The notes below the pieces were generated by a model. It searched no databases. It was not told the DNA's origin and was given only the letters and a program-made list of their open reading frames with translations. Shown here piece by piece: positions 40,701 through 52,868 of a DNA stretch of 64,000 bases. Position 1 is the first letter of the stretch. Every line of letters begins with the position of its first letter. This DNA comes from Trichoplax adhaerens (taxonomy: Eukaryota; Animalia; Placozoa): positions 9,068,011 through 9,132,010 of the forward strand of contig NW_002060945.1 of the NCBI RefSeq assembly GCF_000150275.1, in the 5' to 3' direction. The position numbers and the translations under genes were made by a program.

Positions 40701-41968
40701 CGACACCTACAGACTATCCATATACAGTCGATGCTATGGCATGGCTAGCAAGCCTAGCATTGCTGATCTGATATATGCATGTGATTGATGAAAGATAATA
40801 CCAGCTATACAGTACTATATATAGCTGCTGTTAGCTTGCATCCTCTTAATGACCTAGATTGCTTATGTAGTGATGATGGTAATCCTGTAATGAACATTGT
40901 AGAAATTAAATAGCCGTGTTGCCAATGCGTGATGATCATCAGCATGATACTAATTAAAATGCCATGTTGTCCATGACGATAACGATCATATCATGATCAG
41001 CCAATGTGTGCACACAGTGTGCATATGTAGAATTGCTTAACAACTAGTTTTATCCATGTAAGAAATGTAGCTATGACACTTTATTTTACAATGCTGTTGC
41101 TTATCCATGCAGGCACAAGTGTTTCAATGAAAGCAAGCAATCTCATAATATGGTAGGCACGATTAGCTTTAACCAAGTGACATGGTCTAGTTACTGGTTG
41201 GTGATCGTCATGTATTGATTTGAAGGCTAATGGAGACTTGTGGGAGAGAATAAGTCTACTGGATAGTGATCGTAATGTGTGTGTGTTGATTTTCAAGGCG
41301 AATAGGTCTACCTACTGGTTGATGATCGTCATGTGTTGATTTGAAGGCTAATGGAGACTTGTGGGAGAGAATAAGCCTACTGGATAGTGATCGTAATGTG
41401 TGTGTGTTGATTTTCAAGGCGAATAGGTTTACCTACTGGTTGATGATCGTAACGTGTTGATTCAATGAAAGCAAGCAATCCCATAATATGGTAGGCACGA
41501 TTAGCTTTAACCAAGTGGCATGGTCTAGCTACTGGCTGGTGATCGTCATGTGTTGATTTCAAGGCTAATGAAGACTTGTGGGAAAGAATAAGTTTACTGG
41601 ATAGTGATCGTAATGTATGTGTGTTGATTTTCAAGGCGAATAGGTCTACCTACTGGTTGATGATCGTCATGTATTGATTTGAAGGCTAATGGAGACTTGT
41701 GAGAGAGAATAAGCCTACTGGATAGTGATCGTAATGTGTGTGTATTCTGATTTTCAAGGCGAATGGGGACTTGCTGTTGGAGAATAAGTCTGTTGGCTAG
41801 TGGAACGTTGATGAAAGGACTGCATACGAATTATGATTAAAAAGCATCAAGCCAAGCAAAATGCTAACCTTGGTGAACGATGACATCACATTGATTGCCA
41901 TGACATTGAATAAGTCGATTTTCTGGATAGCTTTCGGTTAACGAACAGACTTTACAAGCCTCAGCCAT
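34757..41968 (-). CDS. MLLT10: AF10/AF17-family protein (PHD-Zn knuckle-PHD module plus leucine zipper); about 18 exons, about 720 aa: 41968-41869, 39732-39653, 39484-39430, 38912-38803, 38476-38373, 37948-37861, 37738-37675, 37595-37543, 37325-37295, 37196-37149, 37064-36737, 36625-36552, 36455-36249, 36105-35961, 35857-35788, 35706-35676, 35567-35197, 34960-34757
   Basis: Spliced translation CKVC..CHGNQCDVIVHQGCYGV..WYCDRC..KCQLCPSEDGAFK..WAHVICALYIPEVTFGNNQTMEPI..CYLC..GACIKC..FHVTCAQ..YCGFC matches the AF10 PZP module; zipper IAKLRVKTRQLTEQKHQLELRRAELLLQNRDL. The low-complexity central and C-terminal exons are less certain than the PZP exons. Likely co-ortholog of MLLT10 and MLLT6. Confidence 0.88.
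41120..41790. repeat. Intronic higher-order tandem repeat (A-B-B-A-B-B), about 338-bp period
   Basis: TTCAATGAAAGCAAGCAATC at about 41123 and 41461; an approximately 120-bp B unit (AAGGCTAATGGAGACTTGTGGGAGAGAATAAG..) occurs four times; subunits share the core ACTGG...TGATCGT.ATGTGTTGATT. Confidence 0.93.
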
Positions 41969-42891
41969 GGCTATAGACGATGTTGTATATAGATAAGTTA
42001 TTAATGTGTATGGGGATAAAATATTCTTAGTGTTGAGTAGGTTAATGTTTCATCAGATGATTTTCTTTCGATTAAGCTAGGAAATTTCGCTTTGGGTTAG
42101 TATCGAATACGGCCTATCTCCTGCTATAGTACTACTATCTGAGGAACTATTACGCAATGGTGATCGAGAGGAGAACAGACAAGTCTTGACTATGTAGTTC
42201 AACTGACTCTTTCCTGTTGATGCTGGAACGTATTAAGTAGGGTATACCATGTGCAGTAGGATGTCGTTCATTTGTTCATCGCCTTTAGTCTATTGTCAGT
42301 CTTTCAGACATATTACGGTGACATGAATTGAGCACGATGAACAGCTCTACAGCTACAGTATTACTATGATATGATTATGGTGGCGATGCCGGTATTGGAT
42401 TGAATACAGGATGCAACGTATGACTTTCTTACTCCTGTCTGCGTACTATGACTACTGGTGTACTCCTATTTGCACTCTTGAAATGCATTCAGGAAGAATG
42501 TTTTGATTCTATTGGGCAAAATAACTTTCTCTACTGTAGCCATTGAAATAAATTATTTATTTGCGATGGATGCTAGTCTCCTCTCTTGTACTCTCTCTAC
42601 TCTATAGTACAATCGTGGATAGATTGAGTACAATCCTCGCTGTAGTCTATCCTCTCGTGAACTGTTGTGAGAGGAAAGTGGATACCGTAGACTCAAATCA
42701 TGACTTCAAGTCTGCTCTGTACTGTATTATTATTATTCAATTTATTCTTGTCCATTGCTACAATCAATCAATAAAATAATCGACAAGTCTCGCCAACTAT
42801 TTCCAGCACCCCTTTCTTATTAGAGTCGTGTTATTGTAGTACAGGATGCGTCCATTTTAGTTGTGTGGAATAGGGCAGTCTTGCATTGGGG

Positions 42892-42900
42892 AAAAAAAAA
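42892..42900 (-). terminator. RNA polymerase III oligo-T terminator of the tRNA gene
   Basis: T9 on the minus strand 11 nt downstream of the tRNA 3' end. Confidence 0.8.
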
Positions 42901-42911
42901 GTAATTAGCGT

Positions 42912-42984
42912 AGGTTCGTCCGGGGTTCGAACCCGGGACCTTCTGCGTGTAAAGCAGACGTGATAACCACTACACCAACGAACC
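42912..42984 (-). tRNA. tRNA-Val(TAC): tRNA-Val (anticodon TAC), intronless
   Basis: Minus strand GGTTCGT TG GTGT AGTGGTTA TCAC G TCTGC TTTACAC GCAGA AGGTC CCGGG TTCGAAC CCCGG ACGAACC T: full cloverleaf with intact A and B boxes. Confidence 0.97.
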
Positions 42985-43371
42985 TGCACTCCTACTTTCA
43001 TTCAATTCTTTATTACATAAAACAAAGCAAGTCACGTTTCGTTTTGAGCATGCCTACCAGATGCCAAGGATCCATTGCCTTGTTGGAAAGGGAGTAGTAT
43101 CACTACTGAATCAAGTCGTTATTCTCCATAGTGGAGTATGGTAGAACAGGGAGAAAAGGGCAAAAGTTCAGGCATGCCATCCTTGGGTATTGGACCGTTA
43201 TGGTATCGAACTGCGACCCAACCGGACCGAACTGGTCCACCAAAATATCGACGAGCGCCGGCGCGGACAAGTTCAGCATTTGCAAGGCATCAAAGCAGCC
43301 TGCTCGCATTTGCTAGTGGTGTGTCTGCTATAAATGAATGAATTAATAAATTAATTAATTAATTAGCCAAC

Positions 43372-46300
43372 ATGTCCTATGATCAGCATAGTTTATCATC
43401 ATCGAGCAATCGGATCGATTGCGATTATCCACCTTATTCTCGTTTGTTTATCTTGTGTGATAAATCATTAATTGAAGACGACCTGAGAAATGCTTTCTCG
43501 CCATTTGGGTGTATACAAGATGTCTGGGTGGTTCGTGATCATGCCAATAACAACCAAAGTAAAGGAATGGCGTATCTTAAATTTAGCAAGGCATCATCGG
43601 CTGCTCAAGCGATCGAAGCAATGGATGGTCAAATTTTAGGCGATCATCAGAAATCACTTAAGGTAAGGTAGCCAAATACTTGCAAAATGAATTGTTCATT
43701 GATTGCCATACGATGAACAATGATGGATTGCTGGATGCGCCAAGTCCATGCTATCATTTTCATCCGGTGGAAGGGATTGAAGACGGATTGCCATCATCTT
43801 GCTGTATTGCAGTCTACGAGTCGATGGAATAGCCCATGTTGAACGACGACAACAAGCTTAATGTTAGACACTGTCCAATCGCCTTGTTCGTAATCTCTCT
43901 CTTCAAATCCAAGATATCCAATGGACCCTTACTACCGAGGTAGAATAACATTGGGGTCTTGACGTGCGCTTTGTCGTCATCATGGCTACTGCTGTCATGT
44001 TGATCATGGCACTTTTCCTCATCGTTTCATCATGCGAGAGTAAATCCAACTAATCCAATGACTATCTGAGTTGAAATTCTACATGGAGTTGAGTTGATTG
44101 CTGGATTATGGCCCCTTGAGAGCGAGTTGATCGTATTGGTGATGTCCCTATACTTTTATTTGTTTGCTTTTGTTCCATCGGATTTCAATGATTTGTTTAT
44201 TTCCATTGGTCGACAGATGCTTTTTTGATACTATACTTTCCTCCATGGAACATGTCTATCACTAGATTATGCCTACAAGTCATGCAACACCGATGAAAAC
44301 CATCGGTGGCAATGACTATGGACAGGAGCGCACGAAATGCCGCTGATCCACTCCCCCAAAAACACATCCATTTGTCTATCTTTTACAACTGGATGCGACT
44401 CTTCAATGCCATCGATTTGCTATCGATACCCGATCATGATCGTCGAGTACTCGCATGGCATCCAAAGTCTGCAGACAACACTCGAACAGAGGCAGCAATT
44501 GCTCACTGACTGAAATAAAAAGACTTTGAATCAATTTTTGATCTCGCTGTTTTACAACACTACTGTAAAGTCAACTCATTATCAACCGCAATGCATTCAT
44601 TATTAATAGCCAAAGAATAGTCTCGCTTTTCAAAAGTGTTGATTTTATCCATGTTGTATTATCGCTAGGCAAATTTTGCACCGTCTAATAAAAGGTGGCC
44701 TGTTAGGCCGATAGCTTGGGTAATATTTGATGATAGTAAACATGTTTCCATATGTTAATTGATGGCTTGGGCGATGTCCTCATTGTATCTTGCTTCTTGG
44801 TCGACGACAATAATGTTAACAACTTGCAAACGATCCATTTTGCCATCGAGTACTGTCAATGGTTAAGGGGAACGCTTAAACCAGTTGCAGAGGCAATTTT
44901 TTTTCCCATGGATTAATAAATCATCTTGGAAGGTATTGATTTTTATTGATGTCAACATGATTTGAAGGGAAATTCGATTATTGTATGCTAGACAATAGTC
45001 ATTCTATTAACCAACATGGCATTCTTCTTTCTTCCTCCATGCCCAACATGGCCGGTTAGAATACCCAAAGCTGATGGTATATTTTTATCCTCTTACTTTA
45101 TACGTAGACTGCCAAACTGACTGTAGACATGTATTACAGTTCAAGTAGTCAGTTTTCCTTGTTGATGAAAAAGAAAATACATCTATCTACTTTTGCTTGC
45201 CCCTATTGATCAATATTTCCAATGGCAAAGGCGATCGTGATCATTTTAATTAATTTCATTCTATTGACTCAATGGGTTAGATTATTTTATTCAGTGACTG
45301 TTTTTGTTTTTATTTAAAATCAAACAATCATTCGCCATTGCAAGGACAGTATTGATAAATCCAAGCCAAGAGTGGGACATGGGCGCCAGCAAAGCTGTAA
45401 CTTAAGCGACTTACTTGTACGTCGATCAGACTTTCAATGTCTACAATCATTCTTTTTGCAACGATTCTACTGTACGATGACTCTATTGCAAGCTAGTTAC
45501 AGAAATAGCGAGAACAAATCGAGTTGTATTTGTCCTCCATGTTATTGTTTTTCTTCTTGATGTGATGTTTTTATCACCTATCAATAATGGTTATGATGAT
45601 GATGATGATCAAGAATAATACAGTAAGAAGACACTGCTGGCAAGTGATTTCTGCTTTTGCTTTGATTCATTCTTTTCAAATGGTTCTACTGTACTCGATT
45701 ATCCTACTAGCGTACCAAATATTTCATGGCATGAAAATTATTCCTATTCTACTACAATAGGCTGTAGTGTAGGAGATATTGAATGAGGATAATTAGAATT
45801 AGAATTAATACCATCAGACAAAGTTCATGTTGCTAATTGTATTGATTGATTTAATTAATTCATTGTCATCTAATCGACAACTATTCCTCACGCGACGCTA
45901 TACAATCCAGTAGACAAGCAAGCGCATCTTGTGCTCAAATCAAAGTGGATCATCTTTTAATAATTCAATTATCCACATCCATAACATTACCAACTACAAA
46001 GGGAAAAGGAATATTCAAATCCTAGTATAAAATACTTCTAATAGTGTTGACGAATATTTGTACAGCGTGAAAAATTGCAAGACAACAAATACCTTCCTTT
46101 ATACAGTCGTACAAACTATATCTTCCAATTCATTCAATATATAGAGGATTATTCCCCCAACATACTGTGTAGTAATAGCGTAAAAGCAATATGCCAGTGC
46201 AATCGTTTAAAGCACAAACCAACTTGATTCTTCTTCATCAACATGCGGCATCACTTTACTACTAGTCGAGTTGGCCATCCACTTTTACATATATAGACTT

Positions 46301-49114
46301 ATGGGTATGATGACTTGAAGACTTTTCTTCTTCAAACCACTGGGTACATAAGCGAGAGGAAAAAAATGAATTACAATACAAATCAACTTGATCAGTCTTT
46401 GTTGACATGGCGTACTATGGCATCGCCTTCCTGTCTACTTTTGGCATCCATTTTTAATACACAAATGACTACTTGGAGAATTTTTCTCCCAATTTCTAGG
46501 TAGATCGCCAAGGTCCGTCAATCACAGTAATATGCAGGAGTGTTTTAAGCTTCGATAGGTATTAGCTTAGTAGCGACAGCCATGATTAAACAAGTTACAT
46601 TATTGTCCACACTGTACCCTAGGGCTAAAAATATCCAGAGTAAACAGTATTGACTCCGGAATCGATTTTTCTCAAATCTGGGGACTCTACTACAGCACGT
46701 AAACTGCTCGAGTAGAACTTCTCTATACCACATGATGGAATGGAATTGGTTTTAAGTTTGATGTTTTGTCAATACTATCTGTGTTTTCGGAATAGCCCTT
46801 GATATTATGGCGACTGGTTTTTGCATAAGCTGTTGCCAATCCAGCTTGTAGCCGATTGAGTCTATAGTCAAAAAGAGACTGGATGGCATGGCTACCACAC
46901 GATTTCCATGTAGAAAATTGGATTGATCTATAGAATCACATTGGCAATTTGGATCCAAAGTGGTACTACAACCGATAAATTACTGATGTAGAATCCCGTC
47001 TCAATGACGGACTGTATTACGTATTAACAACTATGAACAACCATATCTTTTTCCCATGACTACTGATATTAAATATGAATTATGAGTTGTACAAAGTACA
47101 ATAAATGTTTATCGACTAGAATTTACACTACGGCATTCACTAGTCTTGCTAACAGGACTGCCTCCATTCGGTTTGCAATTTTCACCCATCATTGGTCATG
47201 AAAATGCTTCAAAAGTTTTTTCCTTGGTGCATTACTCATGCGATTCCTTAAAAGTTGCGTTTTGTTGACCTACACGTTTACCTGTGATCTTTTCCATTCA
47301 CACTAATATTAAACATGAATTGGGAGTTGTACAAAATACAGCATATGGACGAGTAGAAGTTACTGTAGTACATACATGTACCTTTTATTTTGCACTACTA
47401 CTTCCATCCTTTGAAACTCCCAATTTTTCTCCTATCTCTAGCCATAAAAATGTATAATAGTTACGTTTACTCTACCGACATGCTTACCTGAGATTCTTTC
47501 CCATTAATGTTATTAATATGGATTGAAAGTTGTACGAAAACACAGTTAATAGACGAGTAAAATTTACTATGCGACGTATTATAAATATAAATAACGACCT
47601 CTACATGAGCACATTGAAGCTCATCCTTTTTCTCCTATCATTAGTCATGAAAATGCGTTCAAATTCCGTTTACTTCCAATAAGTACATGCTTACCGGAGA
47701 TCTTTTCCCATTTACTAGGACTAGGAATGCTGTTAGTAGCTGAGTAGAATTGACGATTTCGACTTGTATGAATTACAGTAGTAATATAACTATCTCCATA
47801 CGTTTTTAGCTCACCATTTAACCTACTATAGCATGAGCCATGCATAATGGTTTCGCTTCGTTCACCTATATGCCTAATTGTAATCTTCTCCTATTCTATA
47901 ATTACAGCAATATGAAGTACAGATTGTGAGTTTTACCAAATGATAGCAAATAGATAATTTACTGTACGATAGACCAGTCTATTTCTAACATGACTAACTG
48001 TACCTAGCTTACAACCTTTCACGTATTATCATTTGTTAATCAGGAAAAATGCATCAAAATTTCACTTCAAATATCTCCTAAGAGTATTTTCTCATCTATT
48101 CTTATGTTCACCTTGTAGTGTATGATTGCACAATCCAAGAATTCGACGCGAAGAAGTAACTGTATCGATGAATATGATCGAGCTCGATTATTTGTCGTCT
48201 GCCCTAGGGATTATACGGAAGAAGATTTGAAAGAGAAATTCGTTGAATTTGGCTCTATCGACTACTGCCAAATTGTCAAAGATCATACAACGAAGAAAAG
48301 TAAAGGATTAGGCTATGTCAAATTTAATAAAGCTTCGGCAGCTGCTATTGCCCTCGAGAATTGTGACGCAAGTTTTAGAGCAGTATTAGCTGAGCCTAAA
48401 TCCACTAAATTACCTCAATCTTACGGTGCTAATAGTGAAACAACAAACTCCAGCAATTTGGCCAATCTCTCCATTATAGACTACCTGCCATCTATACTTC
48501 GAAATGCCTACCTTGATAATGAAAGCAAGCCTGTGGAAGCATCAGCTATAGCGCAAAAGACGATTGAAAACCTGATGCTGGATAGCGTAAAAGCCAATGG
48601 AAATCGAGGCAGTACCAAAAATGGCCTACGACTATTTGTGATTGTTTCAACCAAGGTTACTCAGGAACAATTGCATCGTTTATTTGATATTATACCTGGC
48701 ATGTTATCATGTAAAATTAAATTGAATCGTCAAACTGGAGGGTCCAAAGGATTTGGATACGTAACTTATTGCTCACTAGCTATGGCTGCTTATGCAAGAG
48801 AAAAATTAAACGGTATCGAGTATCCTATAGGTAATAAACTTATCGTCAAATATGCAGAAGATCCACCAACATTTTGCAAGAAATCTGATGGTAATGCTAG
48901 GTCTGTGGAAAAATCCAACATCAATGATAGTCAATCTATTGCTGAATCTACCTCTCTACACAGTGTGAACAGCAAAGAAAAACAATATTGTGTAAAACAT
49001 CGTCATGATGATGACGACGATGAGGATGATAATGATGATGATGAAGTCGTGAATGACCAGCTCAATGGAAAAAACACTTACAGGAAGCGACTAAAAATAA
49101 CTCCAGAAAGCTGA
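43372..49114 (+). CDS. RBM45: RNA-binding protein 45-like; exons 43372-43662 and 48119-49114; 428 aa
   Basis: RRM1 DYPPYSRLFILC..FSPFGCIQDVWVVRD..SKGMAYLKFSKASSA; RRM2 RLFVVCPRDYTEEDL..SKGLGYVKF..FRAVLAEPK; HOA-type domain EQLHRLFDIIPGM..YAREKLNGIEYPIGNKL; basic C-terminus RKRLK; one phase-0 GT-AG intron of 4.5 kb. Confidence 0.92.
47040..47900. repeat. Highly degenerate intronic tandem repeat (about 200-240-bp period, 4-5 copies)
   Basis: ATCTTTTCCCATT..TATTAA..ATGAATT..GAGTTGTACAAAA..GACGAGTAGAATTTACT recurs near 47045, 47287, 47492, 47699 and 47883. Confidence 0.7.
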
Positions 49115-51189
49115 CTTATTTAATTCATTTTATCGAAAAATTGACTAACCAATGCAGTTTAAATAACCTGGGGCGAGTAGACGTAGTTATTCTAAAGATT
49201 GAAATCAAAACTTATACACTATCTCGGCAGTATTATGTGTGATATAGATTTATAATGAGTATTGAGTAATGATGGAAATAATGTTCTTAATAAAGCAATG
49301 TACGTACTTCATGGATAGCATTGAGTACGGATAGCGTTGTGCAACATATCAATTACAAACTTTGGATTAATTATTGCCGGAGATTGCTTTATCATAATAT
49401 GCTATGGTTTCCAATATTGATTTCCTAGTTTCATAATATAGAGAATTTTTATTTTTATGCTATTATTCGCGTTTTGATTAAGCATCCTACAATACGAATC
49501 TATACATATCTTGATATGATGATAAAGTTAACTTGCTGATGATTTTTAGGAGATGGTAGTGCTATTGATCCTTGATATATCATTATCATTTTATGTCATA
49601 TATAGAGATATGTTATAGTTACGTTCATTTACTGTATATTACAGTCATTTATTGTAATAGTTTGGAAATCCTTTTTCTCTGTCATTATGATTCCATTTTA
49701 TGGTCTTTGTTATACGTAGTCAGATCTGAAGTATACGTATAATCCTATATCAGGTTATTACAGTCTGTTACAAATTTCGAACACACTGGTATCCTTGGAA
49801 TTAGCCATGAAATTAGTACCGGTACCTTTAATTAATTGCCAAGATTGTCCTTAAATTGGTCACTGTACTCGTTTAATACATGAGTTGCGGCTAGTAAAAA
49901 TAGCTTCGCTCAATTTGTACTACAGTATCAGCTATCTATTCCACGAAGAACGGCTATTGCTTTGACCTTCTGTGTCATGGGTGTGATCCTAAACTGATCA
50001 AATTTTGCATATGCTTTAAGCACTAATTTGATATAATAGAATAATTTAGTTATTAGCTTGGAAGCGTTTTAAACGCAATGATAGATGTTTATCCACATGA
50101 TCTTATCTAGTATTTGAAAATTTTCGAAATTGAACTAGAATTATATGTCCATATTTCCAATACGCGTAGTTGTGTGTATCTTATTAATATTATTCAGCTA
50201 CAGAATTCTTGAACTTGGTCGAAGTTTATCCAAAATTAAGAAATAAAGTATCCATTATCCAACATTTTCTTACTAGCTCTACTGTCTTTTAAATGTATTA
50301 CCTAGTTATTGTCGAAAATCAAGTTGAATTAGCCCAGCTACAGTACTAGCGAACTACTTGTAGTATTTACTGATGCCAGTCATGCACAAGTATCTTTTTA
50401 AATTGATGGCCAGTATGCAGGTAAGAATTGTACTATATATAACAGGATTCAACTGCAACATCATTCTTAAATTTGAATGGACTTATTTGAAGAAATTCTG
50501 AAATTATCCATCCCATGGTGAGATAAATTAATAGCTAGTGACTGCTTTATTGCCGCTATATAATACTGTTGTATACAGTCATTGGATTCGAAATGGATAT
50601 TTTATATGATGATTTCATCGTGATTGTTTTGACGCAACATAGTTTTTACAGCCAAGCAGAAATAGCTCTAGCATATAGCTTTAACGCTACCTATACCGAT
50701 TTAATTATATGAACTTCGTCTGTATAAATGTTTCTAAGAAACCAAAGACACCTGCATGTATATTCAATCATATGTGCATAGCATGATCAGCTGCATTAGC
50801 TTTTAAATTATTGATCTAATTTCTTAAATGATAGTCTTACCAATTTATGCAATATATCAATGATCCATGCACCTTATATGTATACTTGTAAGTTAAGTCT
50901 TGGTGGGCCATTCTAGACAAGTTGATTAAAAGCTTTTAATTTACTAAATTAGTCATAAAACGACATTTATCTAATTTATTGACGAAACCCATGCTAGATT
51001 AGGCAACAAATCAATCATCATATATATCTAAACTGTTTCTAAGCTAATCAGCATATTCTTAGTTTATGAATATTTCTCTAATACGACAAAATTAAATGCA
51101 CTCAAGACCAGAAACTAGTTATTCTCTACTATCTTCATCATTAGCATGTTTTTCAATTAATCTACTTAATTAATGCACATGTATGACTG

Positions 51190-52010
51190 ACTGATCAGTG
51201 ATGGATGGATGTGGACTATTCTGTTAGTGAATAAATTTGCTCTTGGTTTATATCGCCTCTAGAAACTAAATTATCCGATATCTTAATTAATCATGCTATC
51301 TAATATACGTATATAGCTAGCCGATCAAAGATTGATGGATATGAACTATTTTGTAAGTGAATGAATTTGTTCTTGGTCTATAGCACTTCTATTTCCACGT
51401 TATAATCCAATATCTCAACTATGCTATTTAATATACGTGTCGAGCCAGCCGATCAAGGATTGATGGATATGAATTATTTCGTAAATGCGTGAATCTTCTC
51501 TTAGTTTACAGTACCTCTAAAAATTAAATTATTATCCAATATCTTAATTATGCTATTTAATATAGGTGTGTATCGCTGTTCCATGATCTATCTATTTGAA
51601 CTATTTTGTAAGTAAACGAATCTGCTCTTCGTTTATAGCGCCTATACAAATTAAATTATTATCCAATATTTTAATTATGCCATTTAATAGACGGGTATAG
51701 CCGATCAAAGATCCATTTATGTAAACTATATTATAAGTGAATAAATCTACTCTCAACATAAGTTACTATCCAATATTTTAATTATGCCATTTATTAGACG
51801 TGTATAGCCGATCAAAGACCCATTTAAGTAAACTATATTGTAAGTGAATAAATCTACTCTCAACCTAAGTTACTATCCAATATTATAATTATGCTATTAA
51901 ATATAAGTGTACAACCGATCAATGATCCATCGATGTGAACAATTTTGTTAAAGAATCAATCTACTCTTGGTTTATGGTGCCACTACAAAGTGAGTTAGTC
52001 ATGTTACCCA
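51190..52010. repeat. Degenerate tandem array, about 110-125-bp unit, about 7 copies
   Basis: Recurring TTATCCAATAT.TTAATTATGCTATTTAATA..CGTGTATAGCCGATCAAAGAT..GAACTATTTTGTAAGTGAAT.AAT.T.CTCT. Confidence 0.9.
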
Positions 52011-52868
52011 ATAGCCTAATGCTTACTTTACAAGCAAACTACTGTAGTTTATACAAGCATTTCTTTCATCTATGGAAAACATTAATAACTTTATCCATTA
52101 ACTTTTGACTGATAACATCTTTAGAAAGTAATTCAACAATCTATTTTCTACGGTTATGTCTATCTAAAGTAGCTGTGAATACATCGAAAGCAATTTAGCT
52201 TCTGCCTATCTATACGTATAGCTTGAATGCGATTTTTTGGATGATATTTGATGATGTTTGTATAATTACTTTTGCTCCATGTTAGCGATGGCTGTTATTT
52301 GATTTTATCCATTATTGAACTCCTTTCGATCACTTGTGTTGAACTACAACAGGAATAACCAATTCCAGTTGAAACGGCAACATTTTCCATTGGTTCTTTG
52401 CCGATTGGCTATTTACACTGTCCAGTCGATGTTGATGTTTTAATTAACTAGTCGAGTTGTGGGTAAGCATTTAAAGCAAGTTTACTATTGCTTTTCTTGG
52501 ATAATAAAGATTGGACAAAAGGGAGAGCTTATGAATTATGGATCAAGTTATTATTCCATATTTGAGTCAATTAATAGAATGGGTTGGCCTTCAAATAACT
52601 TTATTGTCTTAAGTTGCATTGCAAGGCTCCAACTGGTCTATAAACTGCTTTTTCCATAGGTTAATTTATTACGGATAACGGCATGGACAATGCGAAAATA
52701 GAATACCATTAGGTTAGACTAGGAAGAGGCATTTTTCTCCCTCCCCCTCTTGGGTTGTCTTTTGAATAGGATCGTGAATTCTTTCATTTAAGGGACTTAG
52801 GGTTCCTTTTTCCTTCATTTTTTCGATTCCCTTGCCAACCAATTTTACTGTCCACGATTACTGACAAT

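Noticed and set aside
41081-41634. Duplicated ORFs MKINTHTLRSLSS...
   Set aside because: Products of the intronic tandem repeat, with non-ATG starts; the AF10 frame is complete without them.
43103-43341. Three overlapping short ORFs upstream of RBM45
   Set aside because: Explained by a GC-rich promoter/UTR patch depleted in stop codons.
49112-49123. Leaky TGA-C stop context of RBM45 (readthrough or selenocysteine)
   Set aside because: An in-frame TAA follows after two codons and no SECIS element is evident.
52839-52856. ERSE-like CCAAT..CCACG upstream of the ER co-chaperone DNAJC1
   Set aside because: The spacer is 8 nt, not the required 9, and it lies only 12 nt before the ATG, probably in the 5'UTR.
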